From: an uncultured Opitutales bacterium
Lineage (GTDB): Bacteria; Verrucomicrobiota; Verrucomicrobiia; Opitutales; UBA9783
Length of the DNA stretch: 32,000 bases
Direction: 5' to 3'
Assembly (NCBI GenBank): GCA_934691225.1
Contig: CAKUSQ010000001.1
Coordinates: forward strand, 668,228-700,227
Position numbers and translations under genes: made by a program. Of the stretch, positions 17,599 to 27,380 are shown piece by piece (the stretch's first letter is position 1; every line of letters starts with the position of its first letter). A model generated the notes under the pieces. It was not told where the DNA came from, did no database searches, and worked only from the letters and a program-made list of their open reading frames with translations.

Positions 17599-18024
17599 TT
17601 AGCGAAAGCTTATAATAATTTCTCCTCCTGCCACGAGTGTTTCGTTTTTATAAGCAGCGACTTTTGCTTTACAAAAATCTTCATATAAACCTAAACAAGT
17701 TGCTTCTGTTGTTAAAACAACACCTGGTTTAATCTTTTCAAAAAATTTTACATTACATTTTGCCATATATCCAAGGTCGGATTTAAGGACTTTTTCAGTT
17801 TTTGAATAAAGCATAATTCCAATCGTTTGTGCCATCATTTCTATTATTATATTACCTGGCAAAACCGGATTATTAGGAAAATGCCCTTGAAAGAACCATT
17901 CGTTATAAGTAATCGCCTTAGATGCTTTTGCAAACTTTAAATAGTCACACGAGATGATCTTATCTATAAATAAAAATGGATATCTCTGAGGAAGACACTG
18001 AATAACATCTAAACTATCCATCAA
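17599..18024 (-). CDS. FabZ-like 3-hydroxyacyl-ACP dehydratase (hotdog fold)
   Basis: LPQRYPFLFIDKI ... WFFQGHFPNNPVLPGNIIIEMMAQ matches the FabZ signature, including the catalytic His and Glu. It overlaps the ACP stop. Confidence 0.85.
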   Translation of the reverse strand: MMDSLDVIQCLPQRYPFLFIDKIISCDYLKFAKASKAITYNEWFFQGHFPNNPVLPGNIIIEMMAQTIGIMLYSKTEKVLKSDLGYMAKCNVKFFEKIKPGVVLTTEATCLGLYEDFCKAKVAAYKNETLVAGGEIIISFR

Positions 18025-18283
18025 TTTTATTATCTATCAAGTAATCTACAATATTATCTATCGTTCTCAACTTCCAATAATCTTCAATTTTAATGTGGAA
18101 AGTTTCTTCAATTTGTGAGACCAATTCCACAACATCTATGGACTCCAATCCTAATCCATCAGAAAATAATGAAACGTCTGTTTTTATTTCATCTTTTCTA
18201 AAACCATCCGGGTCAATAATTTCCCGAACTATATTAGTAACAGCCTCTTTGTAATGCTGCTTTAATTCCAATTTATTCATCAT
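18014..18283 (-). CDS. Acyl carrier protein
   Basis: 89-aa ORF with the phosphopantetheine attachment motif DGLGLESIDVVELV. Confidence 0.85.
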   Translation of the reverse strand: MMNKLELKQHYKEAVTNIVREIIDPDGFRKDEIKTDVSLFSDGLGLESIDVVELVSQIEETFHIKIEDYWKLRTIDNIVDYLIDNKIDG

Positions 18284-18469
18284 ATCTTAATAAAGAACAA
18301 AACAAACTTGCATCTTAAGTAAATCATATTAAAATAAATTGCAATACATTTTTAATATTTTGGCATAAATTTACACTACCCCTTTTATTAATTTTCCTAA
18401 AGAATACTATAAATCTTGTAATTTTATTGTGTAAAAATATTTCCCAACAACCCAATAACGTTTTTAATC

Positions 18470-19734
18470 CTAACTTTTAACAACTTTGCATTTCGGTTTG
18501 TAATTTGCTATACAATTGCGGGTGTCCACAATACATTTTGCATTTTTAGCAATCATTTCGTAGGGTACACTATTATGCGATGTAAGCATCAAGCAAACAT
18601 CATAGCTTTTTATCGTATTTTTAGACAAATTGATACATTTTTTACCTGTTAATTGTGAAAAATTACGAGTGTTTGGAATTTCAGGTACATAAGGATCATA
18701 ATAGTCAAAATTTATCCCTAATTGTTGTAGTCTTTTAATGATAGGAAATGCTGGCGATTCTCTTAGGTCGCAAATATTCGCCTTATAAGCCAAACCAAAT
18801 ACTAAAACACTGGAACCTTTGGCAGATTTTTATTGATCGTTTAACGCATTAACAACTTTTTCAACCACAAACTGATGCACTTTAAAATTGATTTCACCTG
18901 CAAGCTCAATGAATCGTGTATGCATTTCATATTCTTTTGCTTTCCAAGTTAAGTAAAATGGATCTACAGGGATACAATGTCCACCAATTCCAGGTCCTGG
19001 ATAAAATGGCATAAATCCATAAGGTTTTGTTTTGGCGGCATCAATTACTTCCCAAACATCAATTGCCATGCGATCACAAATCATCTTTAATTCGTTAATT
19101 GCAGAAATATTGATGGCTCTAAACGTGTTTTCCCAAATTTTTACCATTTCCGCAGTTGAACAAGTAGAAACAGGAACAAGTTGTTCTACAAATTTAGAAT
19201 ATAAAACCATTGCCTTGCTTTTACAAGCTTCTGTTACTCCACTAATAATTTTGGGAACATTATCAAAGTTCGACAAAGGATTCCCTTGATCTTCACGTTC
19301 TGGAGAATATCCCAGGTAAAAATCAACACCAACTTTGCCGAAAGCTTTTTCCAAAACAGGTAACATTACTTCTATTGTTGTTCCTGGATATGTCGTAGAT
19401 TCAAGCATAACCAAAACACCTTTAGAAGCATTTTCAGCAATGGATTTTACACTCGATTCGATATAAGATAAATCTGGCGTATGTTGTTTAGTTAGTGGTG
19501 TTGGTAAACAAATGATACCAGCTTCAGCTTCTTTTAGTATCGTAAAGGAAGAGGATAATTTTAACTTTCCAACCTCTATACAATTAGGAAAGTTGGAAAC
19601 ATCCAGTATGGAAATTTTATTGATACCTTTAGATAAATCTTCAATTCGATCCCTATCGCAGTCAATCCCTTTTCCAAGCAACGCTTCAATAAAGAACAAC
19701 CGACATAGCCTAATCCTATAACTGCTACGTTCAT
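18470..19734 (-). pseudogene. Nucleotide-sugar (UDP-GlcNAc/UDP-ManNAc-type) dehydrogenase pseudogene
   Basis: The ATG at 19734 gives MNVAVIGLGYVGCSLLKRCLEKGLTAIG. Compared with the intact paralog at 31467, a net 16-nt deletion near 19650 removes the VDIDG segment and shifts the frame. An in-frame TAA at 18830-18832 splits ...ALNDQ from KSAKGSSVLVFGLAYKAN; the two tracked ORFs share a frame. The catalytic GGHCIPVDP is still readable. Confidence 0.8.
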
Positions 19735-19905
19735 TTCTAAAATGTTACGTTTAAGATCTGTACTTTTTATCCTTTAAATCAAAATACATCCCAAACAAAA
19801 AACTTATATCTGTACCATAAGTATATGCACTTTTTTCTTAAAGCAAGAAAAATTTTCATTAGCGACAATTTTAAAAAATGTAACATCATGAAACCGTTAG
19901 GATAA

Positions 19906-20277
19906 TTTGAAACAAAAACCAACAAAACCACCCCACCAAAGTGTAAAATAATTGGGCTTGGATCGGGGCTTTTAATAGAGTACCCCTACCATCAAATTGG
20001 ATTTTGTAATTATTGCGTAAGCGAATTGTGGAGTTTACAGAAATATAATACGATAAAGGAACCTGGAATTAAGATTTGCCTTCAAGGTTTTTTTGACCTT
20101 CGTTGGGCAGTAAATTTAAGGAAATTAGATTACTGTTACAGAAATATAAATATCACCAATAATATTACTATTGCTTTTTCGATTTCCTTAAATTTCTGGT
20201 TCGTTTTCAGCTAGCGCATTAAAATTTAAATTCAGCCCTATTACGATTAACAATAATTTCTTAAAATTCATAAACAT
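19906..20277 (-). pseudogene. Possible small signal-peptide-bearing beta-barrel outer-membrane-protein remnant
   Basis: The ATG at 20277 gives MFMNFKKLLLIVIGLNLNFNALA (signal peptide). The same frame then reads strand-like segments (IGDIYISVTV, RFLYRIIF, FAYAIITKSNLMVGVLY, NYFTLWWGGFVGFCFKL) interrupted by five in-frame TAA codons. Confidence 0.3.
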
Positions 20278-20436
20278 AATATATATCTTTTCATAGCTCA
20301 AACGGATTAAATTACCTGTCTGAGTCAAGATTAATTATAAAAAAATTCACAAAAAAGTAAATATCTTTTTGAAAAATAGCAAAAATTTTATTTGACGGAT
20401 GTTTTTTAAATTAAAAAATCTGCCGGAATACGAAAA

Positions 20437-20660
20437 AATTACAGAAACCTTCTAAAAATTTTGCTAACCAAATTTAATTTACCAAAAGAAGCCAAAACTC
20501 ATCTAGCCAAAGCCCTGAAGAGCATAACATGCTCAGGTTTCTTTCGATATAATGCACTAACAAACATCGATCACTATTTTATCACACAAAATTGCTTGCA
20601 TTTGGTCTTTTGGCCTCAAGTTCTCAAAAATTTCCAACCTAAGCATTTCGTAATCCAGCG
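20437..20660. repeat. Degenerate dispersed repeat, copy A (decayed ORF; possible IS-transposase C-terminal remnant)
   Basis: This copy aligns by eye with 28024-28262. For example, ACCAAAAGAAGCCAAAACTCATCTAGCCAAAGCCCTG here matches ACAAAAAGAAACCAAAATTCATCTGCCCAAAGCCTTG there. The minus-strand reading is GLWLDEFWLLLVN in this copy and ARLWADEFWFLFVK in copy B. Confidence 0.4.
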
Positions 20661-21088
20661 ATTCTTCATTTGAAATGTTCTTCAAGCAGTTTTTTGTGAA
20701 AATCTCATGCTTTGTGGCATTTAAAGCCGATTTAGCTTTTCCTAATTCTGTCTGCAGCTTCGTTGATAACTACGTATTTTTCCGATTTGCCGATAATTTT
20801 TGTAATGATAATGTTACTATACCTGTTATTATCGGAGAAAAGAAGAGAAAATGAAAAAAATATTCGAGGTTTTTAGCAATTTATGAGCCAATCGAATACA
20901 TTGATTTGCTTAATGCCGTCGTAATTGAATGTGCCATAGTTGCGTGTTAGAAAGAATTTGGGATAATGATCCAAAATGTTATTTAAAGGAGCCAATTTTG
21001 GCAGTAAAGGAGAAGTTTAACTGTTTTTTGATAAATTTCTTTACAAAAATATTATATTAGTTTACTGATGTTTTTTAATATTGATATT

Positions 21089-22210
21089 ATGAATATTCCA
21101 TATTTTCGTTATGATTTTTTATACAACGAATTTAAAGAAGATGTAGATGCAGCTCTTCAAAATGTCTTAAATAGAGGCACATTTATCATGCAGCAAGAGC
21201 TCAAAGATTTTGAACAAGCAATGGCAAAATTTACAGGGGTGAAATATGCCATAGGAGTTGGAAATGGAACTGATAGCCTTATTCTAATGATGAAAGCCTG
21301 CGGCATCAAGGTTGGGGATGAAGTCATTATGTCCTCGCATACCTTTATTGCAACTGCTACTGCTGCCGGTTGGTTAGGTGCAGTTCCTGTTTTGGTAGAT
21401 TGTGGTGATGATCATTTGATGAATGTCGATAAGGTAGAAGCTGCGATAACATCAAAGACAAAAGCCATTATGCCAACCCAATTAAATGGGCGTACTTGCG
21501 AAATGGATAAATTGCAAAAAATCGCTGATAAACATGGTTTGATTATTTTAGAAGATGCAGCTCAAGCATTAGGTTCGAAATATTTGGACCGTTGTGCAGG
21601 TACATGGGGAAAAGCAGGTTCTATTAGCTTTTATCCAGCAAAAGTTTTAGGATGTTTCGGTGATGGTGGAATTGTTTTAACAGACGATGATAAAATCGCT
21701 CATGATATTTTTTGTATGCGCAACCATGGCCGTGATCCAGAAACAAACCAAGTTTGTATGTGGGGTATTGGTACGCGTTTAGATAACTTACAAGCTGCTG
21801 TTCTATTAGCCAAATTTAAACATTACGAAAAAACGATGCAACGTCGTCGCGAAATTGCCCAACGGTATTGTGATCAATTATCAAAAATTTCTGAAATTAC
21901 GCTTCCTCCAGCACCTAGTGATCACGATAAAAAACACTATGACGTTTGCCAAAACTTTGAAGTTGAAGCAGAAAATCGTGATGCTTTGCGTAATTATTTA
22001 AAAGAAAATGGCATAGGAACAATTATTCAGTGGGGTGGTAGAGCATTGCATCAAATTACAGAATTAAAGGATAACATGCGTTTCGATATAAATAATCTAC
22101 AACGTACCGAATTACTATTCAAACGTTGCTTTATGCTTCCTTTAAACACTTCGGTTACGGATGATGAGGTAGATTATATTTGTGAAAAGATTGAAAAATT
22201 TTATAGGTAA
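21089..22210 (+). CDS. DegT/DnrJ/EryC1/StrS-family PLP-dependent sugar aminotransferase
   Basis: Family blocks GVGNGTDSL, HTFIATA and EDAAQALGS are present. GSISFYPAKVLGCFGDGG carries the PLP Lys. The start is probably the ATG at 21089 (MNIPYFRYDF). Confidence 0.9.
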   Translation: MNIPYFRYDFLYNEFKEDVDAALQNVLNRGTFIMQQELKDFEQAMAKFTGVKYAIGVGNGTDSLILMMKACGIKVGDEVIMSSHTFIATATAAGWLGAVPVLVDCGDDHLMNVDKVEAAITSKTKAIMPTQLNGRTCEMDKLQKIADKHGLIILEDAAQALGSKYLDRCAGTWGKAGSISFYPAKVLGCFGDGGIVLTDDDKIAHDIFCMRNHGRDPETNQVCMWGIGTRLDNLQAAVLLAKFKHYEKTMQRRREIAQRYCDQLSKISEITLPPAPSDHDKKHYDVCQNFEVEAENRDALRNYLKENGIGTIIQWGGRALHQITELKDNMRFDINNLQRTELLFKRCFMLPLNTSVTDDEVDYICEKIEKFYR

Positions 22211-22215
22211 TTGGT

Positions 22216-22992
22216 ATGCCATGTAGTAATTCGGAGTTAACTAAATCTATTGAAAAAGACTGGTATGCGCAAAAAGCCAACATTCGTAGGAAGTATATCA
22301 GTTGGGTAGATTTTTGTCCTGATTATCTGAAATCTCCATATAAAAAATATATAGGATATTTTCGACAATTTGCAGATAAAGCTCCACGTATTTTAGAGCT
22401 TTGTTGTGGGATGGGAGAATTTTCTTTCGATATCGAGCGTTTAAGCAATGGAGATGTTTTTTGTTTAGATATTTCAAAAGAAAGCATCGATATTTGCAAT
22501 CATCATCTTAAAGAGTTAGGCAGACGTAATTTACGATTTGAAACAGCAGATGTAGAATCTATTGAATTGCCCGAACACGAATTTGATGTTATCTGTATGT
22601 CGGGCAGTTTATCATATCTAAATTTGGATGTCTTTTTGGCTAACATAAAAAAATGGTTGAAACCTGATGGATGCCTCATAGTCGTTGATACCTATGGATA
22701 TTCGCCTTTTTTTAATTTAAAACGAAAGTTAAATTATTTGTTTGGGAAAACAACGAAACAGACGGTTTTAGGCATTCCCAAAAAAGAAACGATAGATGCA
22801 ATAAAGAATTGTTTTGAATATTCTGAGATAAATTTTTATGGAGTGTTTGCATTTATAGGACCATTCCTTCGATATGTAGTCGGAGATAAAATGACAACGA
22901 AAATTGTTGATTTTTTGGATAAAACCTTCCCTAACTTGAGTAAGTATGCATTTAAATTTGTATTTAAGGGAGATATTATAAAAAATGATTGA
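22216..22992 (+). CDS. Class I SAM-dependent methyltransferase
   Basis: Motif I ILELCCGMGEFS, an acidic post-I residue (CLDIS) and motif II VICMSGSL, in a 258-aa protein. Confidence 0.8.
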   Translation: MPCSNSELTKSIEKDWYAQKANIRRKYISWVDFCPDYLKSPYKKYIGYFRQFADKAPRILELCCGMGEFSFDIERLSNGDVFCLDISKESIDICNHHLKELGRRNLRFETADVESIELPEHEFDVICMSGSLSYLNLDVFLANIKKWLKPDGCLIVVDTYGYSPFFNLKRKLNYLFGKTTKQTVLGIPKKETIDAIKNCFEYSEINFYGVFAFIGPFLRYVVGDKMTTKIVDFLDKTFPNLSKYAFKFVFKGDIIKND

Positions 22993-23743
22993 AAAAATTA
23001 AAAATTTAGAAGGAGGTTTGAGGACTCCTGCTGAGGCCGATGAAGGTCGTAGAGTAAAAGAATGTTTTGATAAAAATTGTTGTTCTTGGGAGAAAAAAAT
23101 GGAAAATTTCCCCAAATATGTGCGACGACAAAATCTGACACGATTTTTAGCCTTATACGAATTATTTAAAAAAATTCTTCCATTAAAAGGGTCTATCGTT
23201 TAATGTGGCGTGTTTCAAGGTTTTGGGATAATGTCATGGCTTAAATTTTCGGCTATTTTGGAACCTGTAAACTTGACACGTCGAATTTATGGTTTTGATT
23301 CGTTTTCTGGTTTTCCATCAGTTTCAGAAGCTGATAAGACTGTTGTTTCTAACCAGGTAGCAGAAGGTGGTTTATACGCTAACAGTAAAGAAGAATTGGA
23401 AGAATTAATTTCTATTACCGACAAAACAAGGTTTTTGGGGCATGTCAATAAAGTAGAATTAATCCAAGGTGATGCCTGTAAATCTATTCCTGATTTTATG
23501 AATAAAAAGAAACACCTCTTAATAAGTTTATTATTCATGGATTTTGATTTATATGAACCAACTAAAATTGCTCTTGAAAATTTTTTACCACGTATGCCGA
23601 AAGGTTCAATTTTAGCATTTGATGAATTAGATAATCCATTATGGCCCGGTGAAACACTTGCAATGATTGAAAAGTTTTCTAATAAGATTCCTAAAATTCA
23701 AAGGTTTGATTTTGATCCTTACATAGGTTATATTGAAATTTAG
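22985..23743 (+). pseudogene. TylF/MycF-like (macrocin-O-methyltransferase family) methyltransferase interrupted by one in-frame TAA
   Basis: ORFs 22985-23203 and 23210-23743 are in the same frame. Read through the TAA at 23201-23203, the sequence is LKGSIV-stop-CGVFQGFG, so the stop sits where the family has the conserved Glu of the (I/V)E(T/C)GVxxG SAM-binding motif. The downstream blocks FDSFSGFP and LLFMDFDLYEPT are intact. Confidence 0.7.
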
Positions 23744-23746
23744 AAT

Positions 23747-24547
23747 ATGAAAAGTGACCCCAAAACTTTAGCAAAAGAAACGCGATTAGATGCTTTATCT
23801 ATGATCAGTGAAGCAGGTTCGTCGCACATAGGAAGTAATTTTTCAATCGCTGATATTTTATCTGTTTTATACACAAGATTTTTAAAAATAGATCCTCTCA
23901 ATACAAAAATGGAAAACCGTGATCGGTTTTTCTTAAGTAAAGGGCATGCTGTTGCGATATTATATAGCACGTTAGCTAGGATTGGTTTTTTCCCATTGGG
24001 TGAGCTTAGTTCTTTTTATAAAAAAAATTCCCTTCTATTGGGGCATGCACATTACAAAGTTCCTGGAATAGAGTTGTCTACAGGAAGTTTAGGGCATGCT
24101 TTGAGTGTGGCAAGTGGGATTGCCTTAGCGGGTAAAAAACGAAAATTAGATTATAAGGCTGTGGTTTTATTGTCCGATGGAGAATTGGATGAAGGGTCTA
24201 ATTGGGAAGCTATTTTGTTTGCAGCACATCATCATTTGGACAATTTATATGTGATCATCGATTACAATAAAATTCAAAGTTTAGACAAAGTTCAAAACAC
24301 AGTAGCATTGGAACCATTAAAAGAAAAGTTTGAGTCTTTTAATTGGGAAGTTAAAGAATGCGATGGGCATAATTGCGATGATATAGAAAGTAAATTGAAG
24401 TCTTTCAGTAAAAATTCACCACATGTTTTGATCGCAAATACAATAAAGGGATATGGTGTTTCTTTTATGGAAAATACTGTCCTATGGCACTACCGTTGCC
24501 CCAAAAATGAAGAATATGAGCTTGCTCGAAAGGAGCTACTGAAATGA
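23747..24547 (+). CDS. Transketolase, N-terminal (TPP-binding) subunit
   Basis: SKGHAVAILYSTLA, GSLGHALSVASGIALA and LLSDGELDEGSNWEA (GDG-type Mg/TPP motif) in a 266-aa split-type subunit. Confidence 0.9.
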   Translation: MKSDPKTLAKETRLDALSMISEAGSSHIGSNFSIADILSVLYTRFLKIDPLNTKMENRDRFFLSKGHAVAILYSTLARIGFFPLGELSSFYKKNSLLLGHAHYKVPGIELSTGSLGHALSVASGIALAGKKRKLDYKAVVLLSDGELDEGSNWEAILFAAHHHLDNLYVIIDYNKIQSLDKVQNTVALEPLKEKFESFNWEVKECDGHNCDDIESKLKSFSKNSPHVLIANTIKGYGVSFMENTVLWHYRCPKNEEYELARKELLK

Positions 24548-25455
24548 GGGATTGCTTCATAGAATTGTTGCGACAAGAAGCGCTTAAAAACAAAAATATT
24601 TTACTTTTAACGGGGGATCTTGGGTTTGGTGTGTTGAATAAGTACAGAGATACCCTCCCCGATCAATTTTTAAATGTTGGTATTGCAGAACAAAACATGA
24701 CCGGCGTAGCAACAGGGTTGACGCTAGAAGGTTATAAGGTGTTTACGTACAGTATCGGCAATTTTTGTACGCTGCGTTGTTTGGAACAAATCCGTAACGA
24801 TGTATGCTATCATAATGCTGATGTTAAAATTATTTCTATAGGCAGTGGATTAGGCTATGGTTCTTTGGGAATGAGTCACCATGCAACTGAAGATGTTGCT
24901 ATTATGCGAGCAATTCCTAACATAAAAATTTACAGTCCTTCAGATTATTCGGAAATGTGTGTTTGTATTAAGGATCTGATAAATACGAAAGGACCTGGGT
25001 ATGTTCGACTTGCAAAGATAAAAGCTGATACAGCAACAACTCGTTATACAAAAATAGACGCTTGTAATGCTGTCGATCCAATCAGTAACAGTAAATTAGT
25101 GCTGTTGACTCACGGATCTATGCTTAAGATGGCACAAGATATTATCGCAGAGCTTGGAATTCCCTGCGATTTATACACCATACCCCAATTAAAACCATTA
25201 CCACAAAAAAGTTTGAAAGAAACGCTTAAAAAATATAGTCATGTTATAACATTGGAGGAACATAATCTTTGCGGCGGTTTTGGAAGCTCTATTTGTGAAT
25301 TTTTGATAGACAATCAAATCAATTTACCGGTTACTCGCTTGGGTTTACCGGATCAATTTATATCTGTTGGCGGGACGGCAAGTGAACTTATGAATTATGT
25401 TGGTTTAAATGTCGAAAATTGTGTAGAAAAAATAAGGTCTCGGATTTTGTTATGA
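24544..25455 (+). CDS. Transketolase, C-terminal (pyrimidine-binding) subunit
   Basis: FLNVGIAEQNMTGVATGL and GMSHHATEDVAIMRAIPN. It has a 4-nt overlap with the N-terminal subunit gene. Confidence 0.9.
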   Translation: MRDCFIELLRQEALKNKNILLLTGDLGFGVLNKYRDTLPDQFLNVGIAEQNMTGVATGLTLEGYKVFTYSIGNFCTLRCLEQIRNDVCYHNADVKIISIGSGLGYGSLGMSHHATEDVAIMRAIPNIKIYSPSDYSEMCVCIKDLINTKGPGYVRLAKIKADTATTRYTKIDACNAVDPISNSKLVLLTHGSMLKMAQDIIAELGIPCDLYTIPQLKPLPQKSLKETLKKYSHVITLEEHNLCGGFGSSICEFLIDNQINLPVTRLGLPDQFISVGGTASELMNYVGLNVENCVEKIRSRILL

Positions 25456-26177
25456 ACTCTATTTTCAACTATCTGTTATCTCTATTTATTGCCATTTTTG
25501 TCCTTCCGATAATATTATTTTTTGCTTTGTTAATTTACTTATACGATCGGCACAATCCTTTTTATGTTGCCAATCGTGTTGGCAAAAGTGGTAAACTTTT
25601 TAAAATGATAAAATTGCGGTCGATGTGTGTTGATTCGTATAAATATAAAATCGATTCTACAGCTAATGATGATCCAAGAATTACACCTATTGGAAAAATT
25701 GTGCGTAAATTTAAATTAGATGAATTTGCTCAAATCATTAATGTTCTTAAAGGTGATATCAATATCGTTGGTCCAAGGCCTCAGGTTGAAGTGGAAGTAA
25801 ATCGTTATACAACAGAAGAGAGAAAAATTTTGAACATGAAGCCGGGTATAACAGATATTTCTTCTATTGTTTTCTCAGATGAGGGAAGTATTTTAAATGG
25901 GTCTAAGGATCCCGATTTATTGTACGCTCAAATAGAACGTCCATGGAAATCACGTTTGGCTCTTTTGTATATTGAGCATGCTTCTTTCTTTTTAGATTTG
26001 AAAATAATGTTTTTTACATTTACAAATAGTTTTGCTCGCAAATGGACATTAAACAAACTTTCGAAAATTGTTAAAGAATGGCCTTGTGATGTAGATTTAT
26101 CGGAAATCGTTGCAAGACGTATTCCTTTGTATGCTTATCCAGTTCCAGGTGCGGATAAAATTATAGAAAAATTGTAA
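25452..26177 (+). CDS. Small monotopic phosphoglycosyl transferase (bacterial sugar transferase, PglC/WbaP C-terminal type)
   Basis: One N-terminal hydrophobic helix is followed by KLRSM, DDPRITPIGKIVRKFKLDEFAQIINVLKGDINIVGPRP. The ATG at 25452 forms an ATGA overlap with the transketolase stop. Confidence 0.9.
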   Translation: MNSIFNYLLSLFIAIFVLPIILFFALLIYLYDRHNPFYVANRVGKSGKLFKMIKLRSMCVDSYKYKIDSTANDDPRITPIGKIVRKFKLDEFAQIINVLKGDINIVGPRPQVEVEVNRYTTEERKILNMKPGITDISSIVFSDEGSILNGSKDPDLLYAQIERPWKSRLALLYIEHASFFLDLKIMFFTFTNSFARKWTLNKLSKIVKEWPCDVDLSEIVARRIPLYAYPVPGADKIIEKL

Positions 26178-26248
26178 CGCCTTTAAAACGCCTGTACAAT
26201 AGCCTAGAAGTTAAATTTTCCCTAGATGAACAGACGCAGTAGAGTTGT

Positions 26249-27376
26249 TTAGAAGTTTAAATCTATAATGGATTCACATAGTGATCTGTTTACAAAATCA
26301 AACATAACAATATTTAATGCAGATTTTTTTTGAAACTCTTTAAGAAAAGGCATGAGTTCCTGATGGGTAATTTTTGCTAAATCTTCCACCGATTTAAATG
26401 GATGCTTTGCAACGTATTTAGCATTAGGAGTTAAAACCCATTGTAGAACCCAAGGTTTTGAATGGGTAGTTTTTTCATGATAGTTGCTTAAACTTTGTTT
26501 TAGCTCACGTATATTTTGTTTATCGGCCCAAAAAGAATCACTTTTACCTAATAAAAATTTATATTTTTTAGAAAAAGAACTATCATCATAAAACAAACAA
26601 CATCTCTGATTATTTTTTATTAAATTTTCATAAGTTGCTGAAGTTAAGACATCTTTAGGTACACTAAACTCACCTAGATATTTTTGTATAAGTTTGATGA
26701 AATTTTCATGATTAACATTTTTAAAATGCGATAAATCTAAAATAATAATTTCACCTTTATTTTTGGCTAAAAAAGCAGCAAAAACTTTAAATACATCCTC
26801 TACTTTAACAGACTGAAGTCCGTGATACAGGTAAAATTTTTTATCAGTGTCTTGACTGACTCGTAGGTCAAAGTAACGTATACCACATTGTAATTGTTGA
26901 TGAATATTTAATTTTTGCGTTTTGCACCAACGTTCTATCGCAGATACAACCTCTGACCAAACAAAAGTTCCTACAGTCTTGTTAAGCCAACCGGGCAATT
27001 CTACTAATTTACTTTCTTTTGTGAATACGTAAGCACCGGAATCATGAGAACCTGGCAAAATTATTTCTTTAAGTTTTTTTCGTGCAAGTTCGTTTTGATG
27101 ATGTTCCATCCAATTTTGAAGGAAATTACTCTCCGAATTATCAATCAAAGGAATATGTACAGAATTTTCTGTCAATTTTTCCCTGTTAGGTTGTTGATTT
27201 ATAAGATTTTTACTAAAAGTGGTTTTATCTGAAAATGTTTCTATTTGCTCTAAAAATGCAGTTTCATGCTTTTCTTGCTCAAAAATTGAGCTATCTTGAA
27301 AAACATCTCCATAAGTGTGAAGTGCAAAACAGCCAAAAATTGCTTTTATCATTGTTTTTATTTTCATAACTTCCAT
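26249..27376 (-). CDS. Secreted PI-PLC X-domain (PLC-like phosphodiesterase) protein
   Basis: The start is likely at 27376 or 27367 (MEVMKIKTMIKAIFGCFALHTYG, signal-like). LPGSHDSGAY carries the catalytic His block, and GIRYFDLRV and YLYHG are also present. The track's longer N-terminus overlaps the upstream gene. Confidence 0.8.
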   Translation of the reverse strand: MEVMKIKTMIKAIFGCFALHTYGDVFQDSSIFEQEKHETAFLEQIETFSDKTTFSKNLINQQPNREKLTENSVHIPLIDNSESNFLQNWMEHHQNELARKKLKEIILPGSHDSGAYVFTKESKLVELPGWLNKTVGTFVWSEVVSAIERWCKTQKLNIHQQLQCGIRYFDLRVSQDTDKKFYLYHGLQSVKVEDVFKVFAAFLAKNKGEIIILDLSHFKNVNHENFIKLIQKYLGEFSVPKDVLTSATYENLIKNNQRCCLFYDDSSFSKKYKFLLGKSDSFWADKQNIRELKQSLSNYHEKTTHSKPWVLQWVLTPNAKYVAKHPFKSVEDLAKITHQELMPFLKEFQKKSALNIVMFDFVNRSLCESIIDLNF

Positions 27377-27380
27377 CCTT

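Noticed and set aside
18830-23203. The in-frame TAA codons in the dehydrogenase, the TylF-like methyltransferase, the NamZ-like gene and the putative outer-membrane-protein remnant might indicate TAA reassignment or programmed read-through.
   Set aside because: TAA cleanly terminates intact genes in the same window, for example mlaE at 5927-5929, mlaD at 7705-7707 and the amidotransferase at 9483-9485. The affected genes also carry deletions, frameshifts or TGA stops. AT-biased nonsense decay is the simpler explanation.
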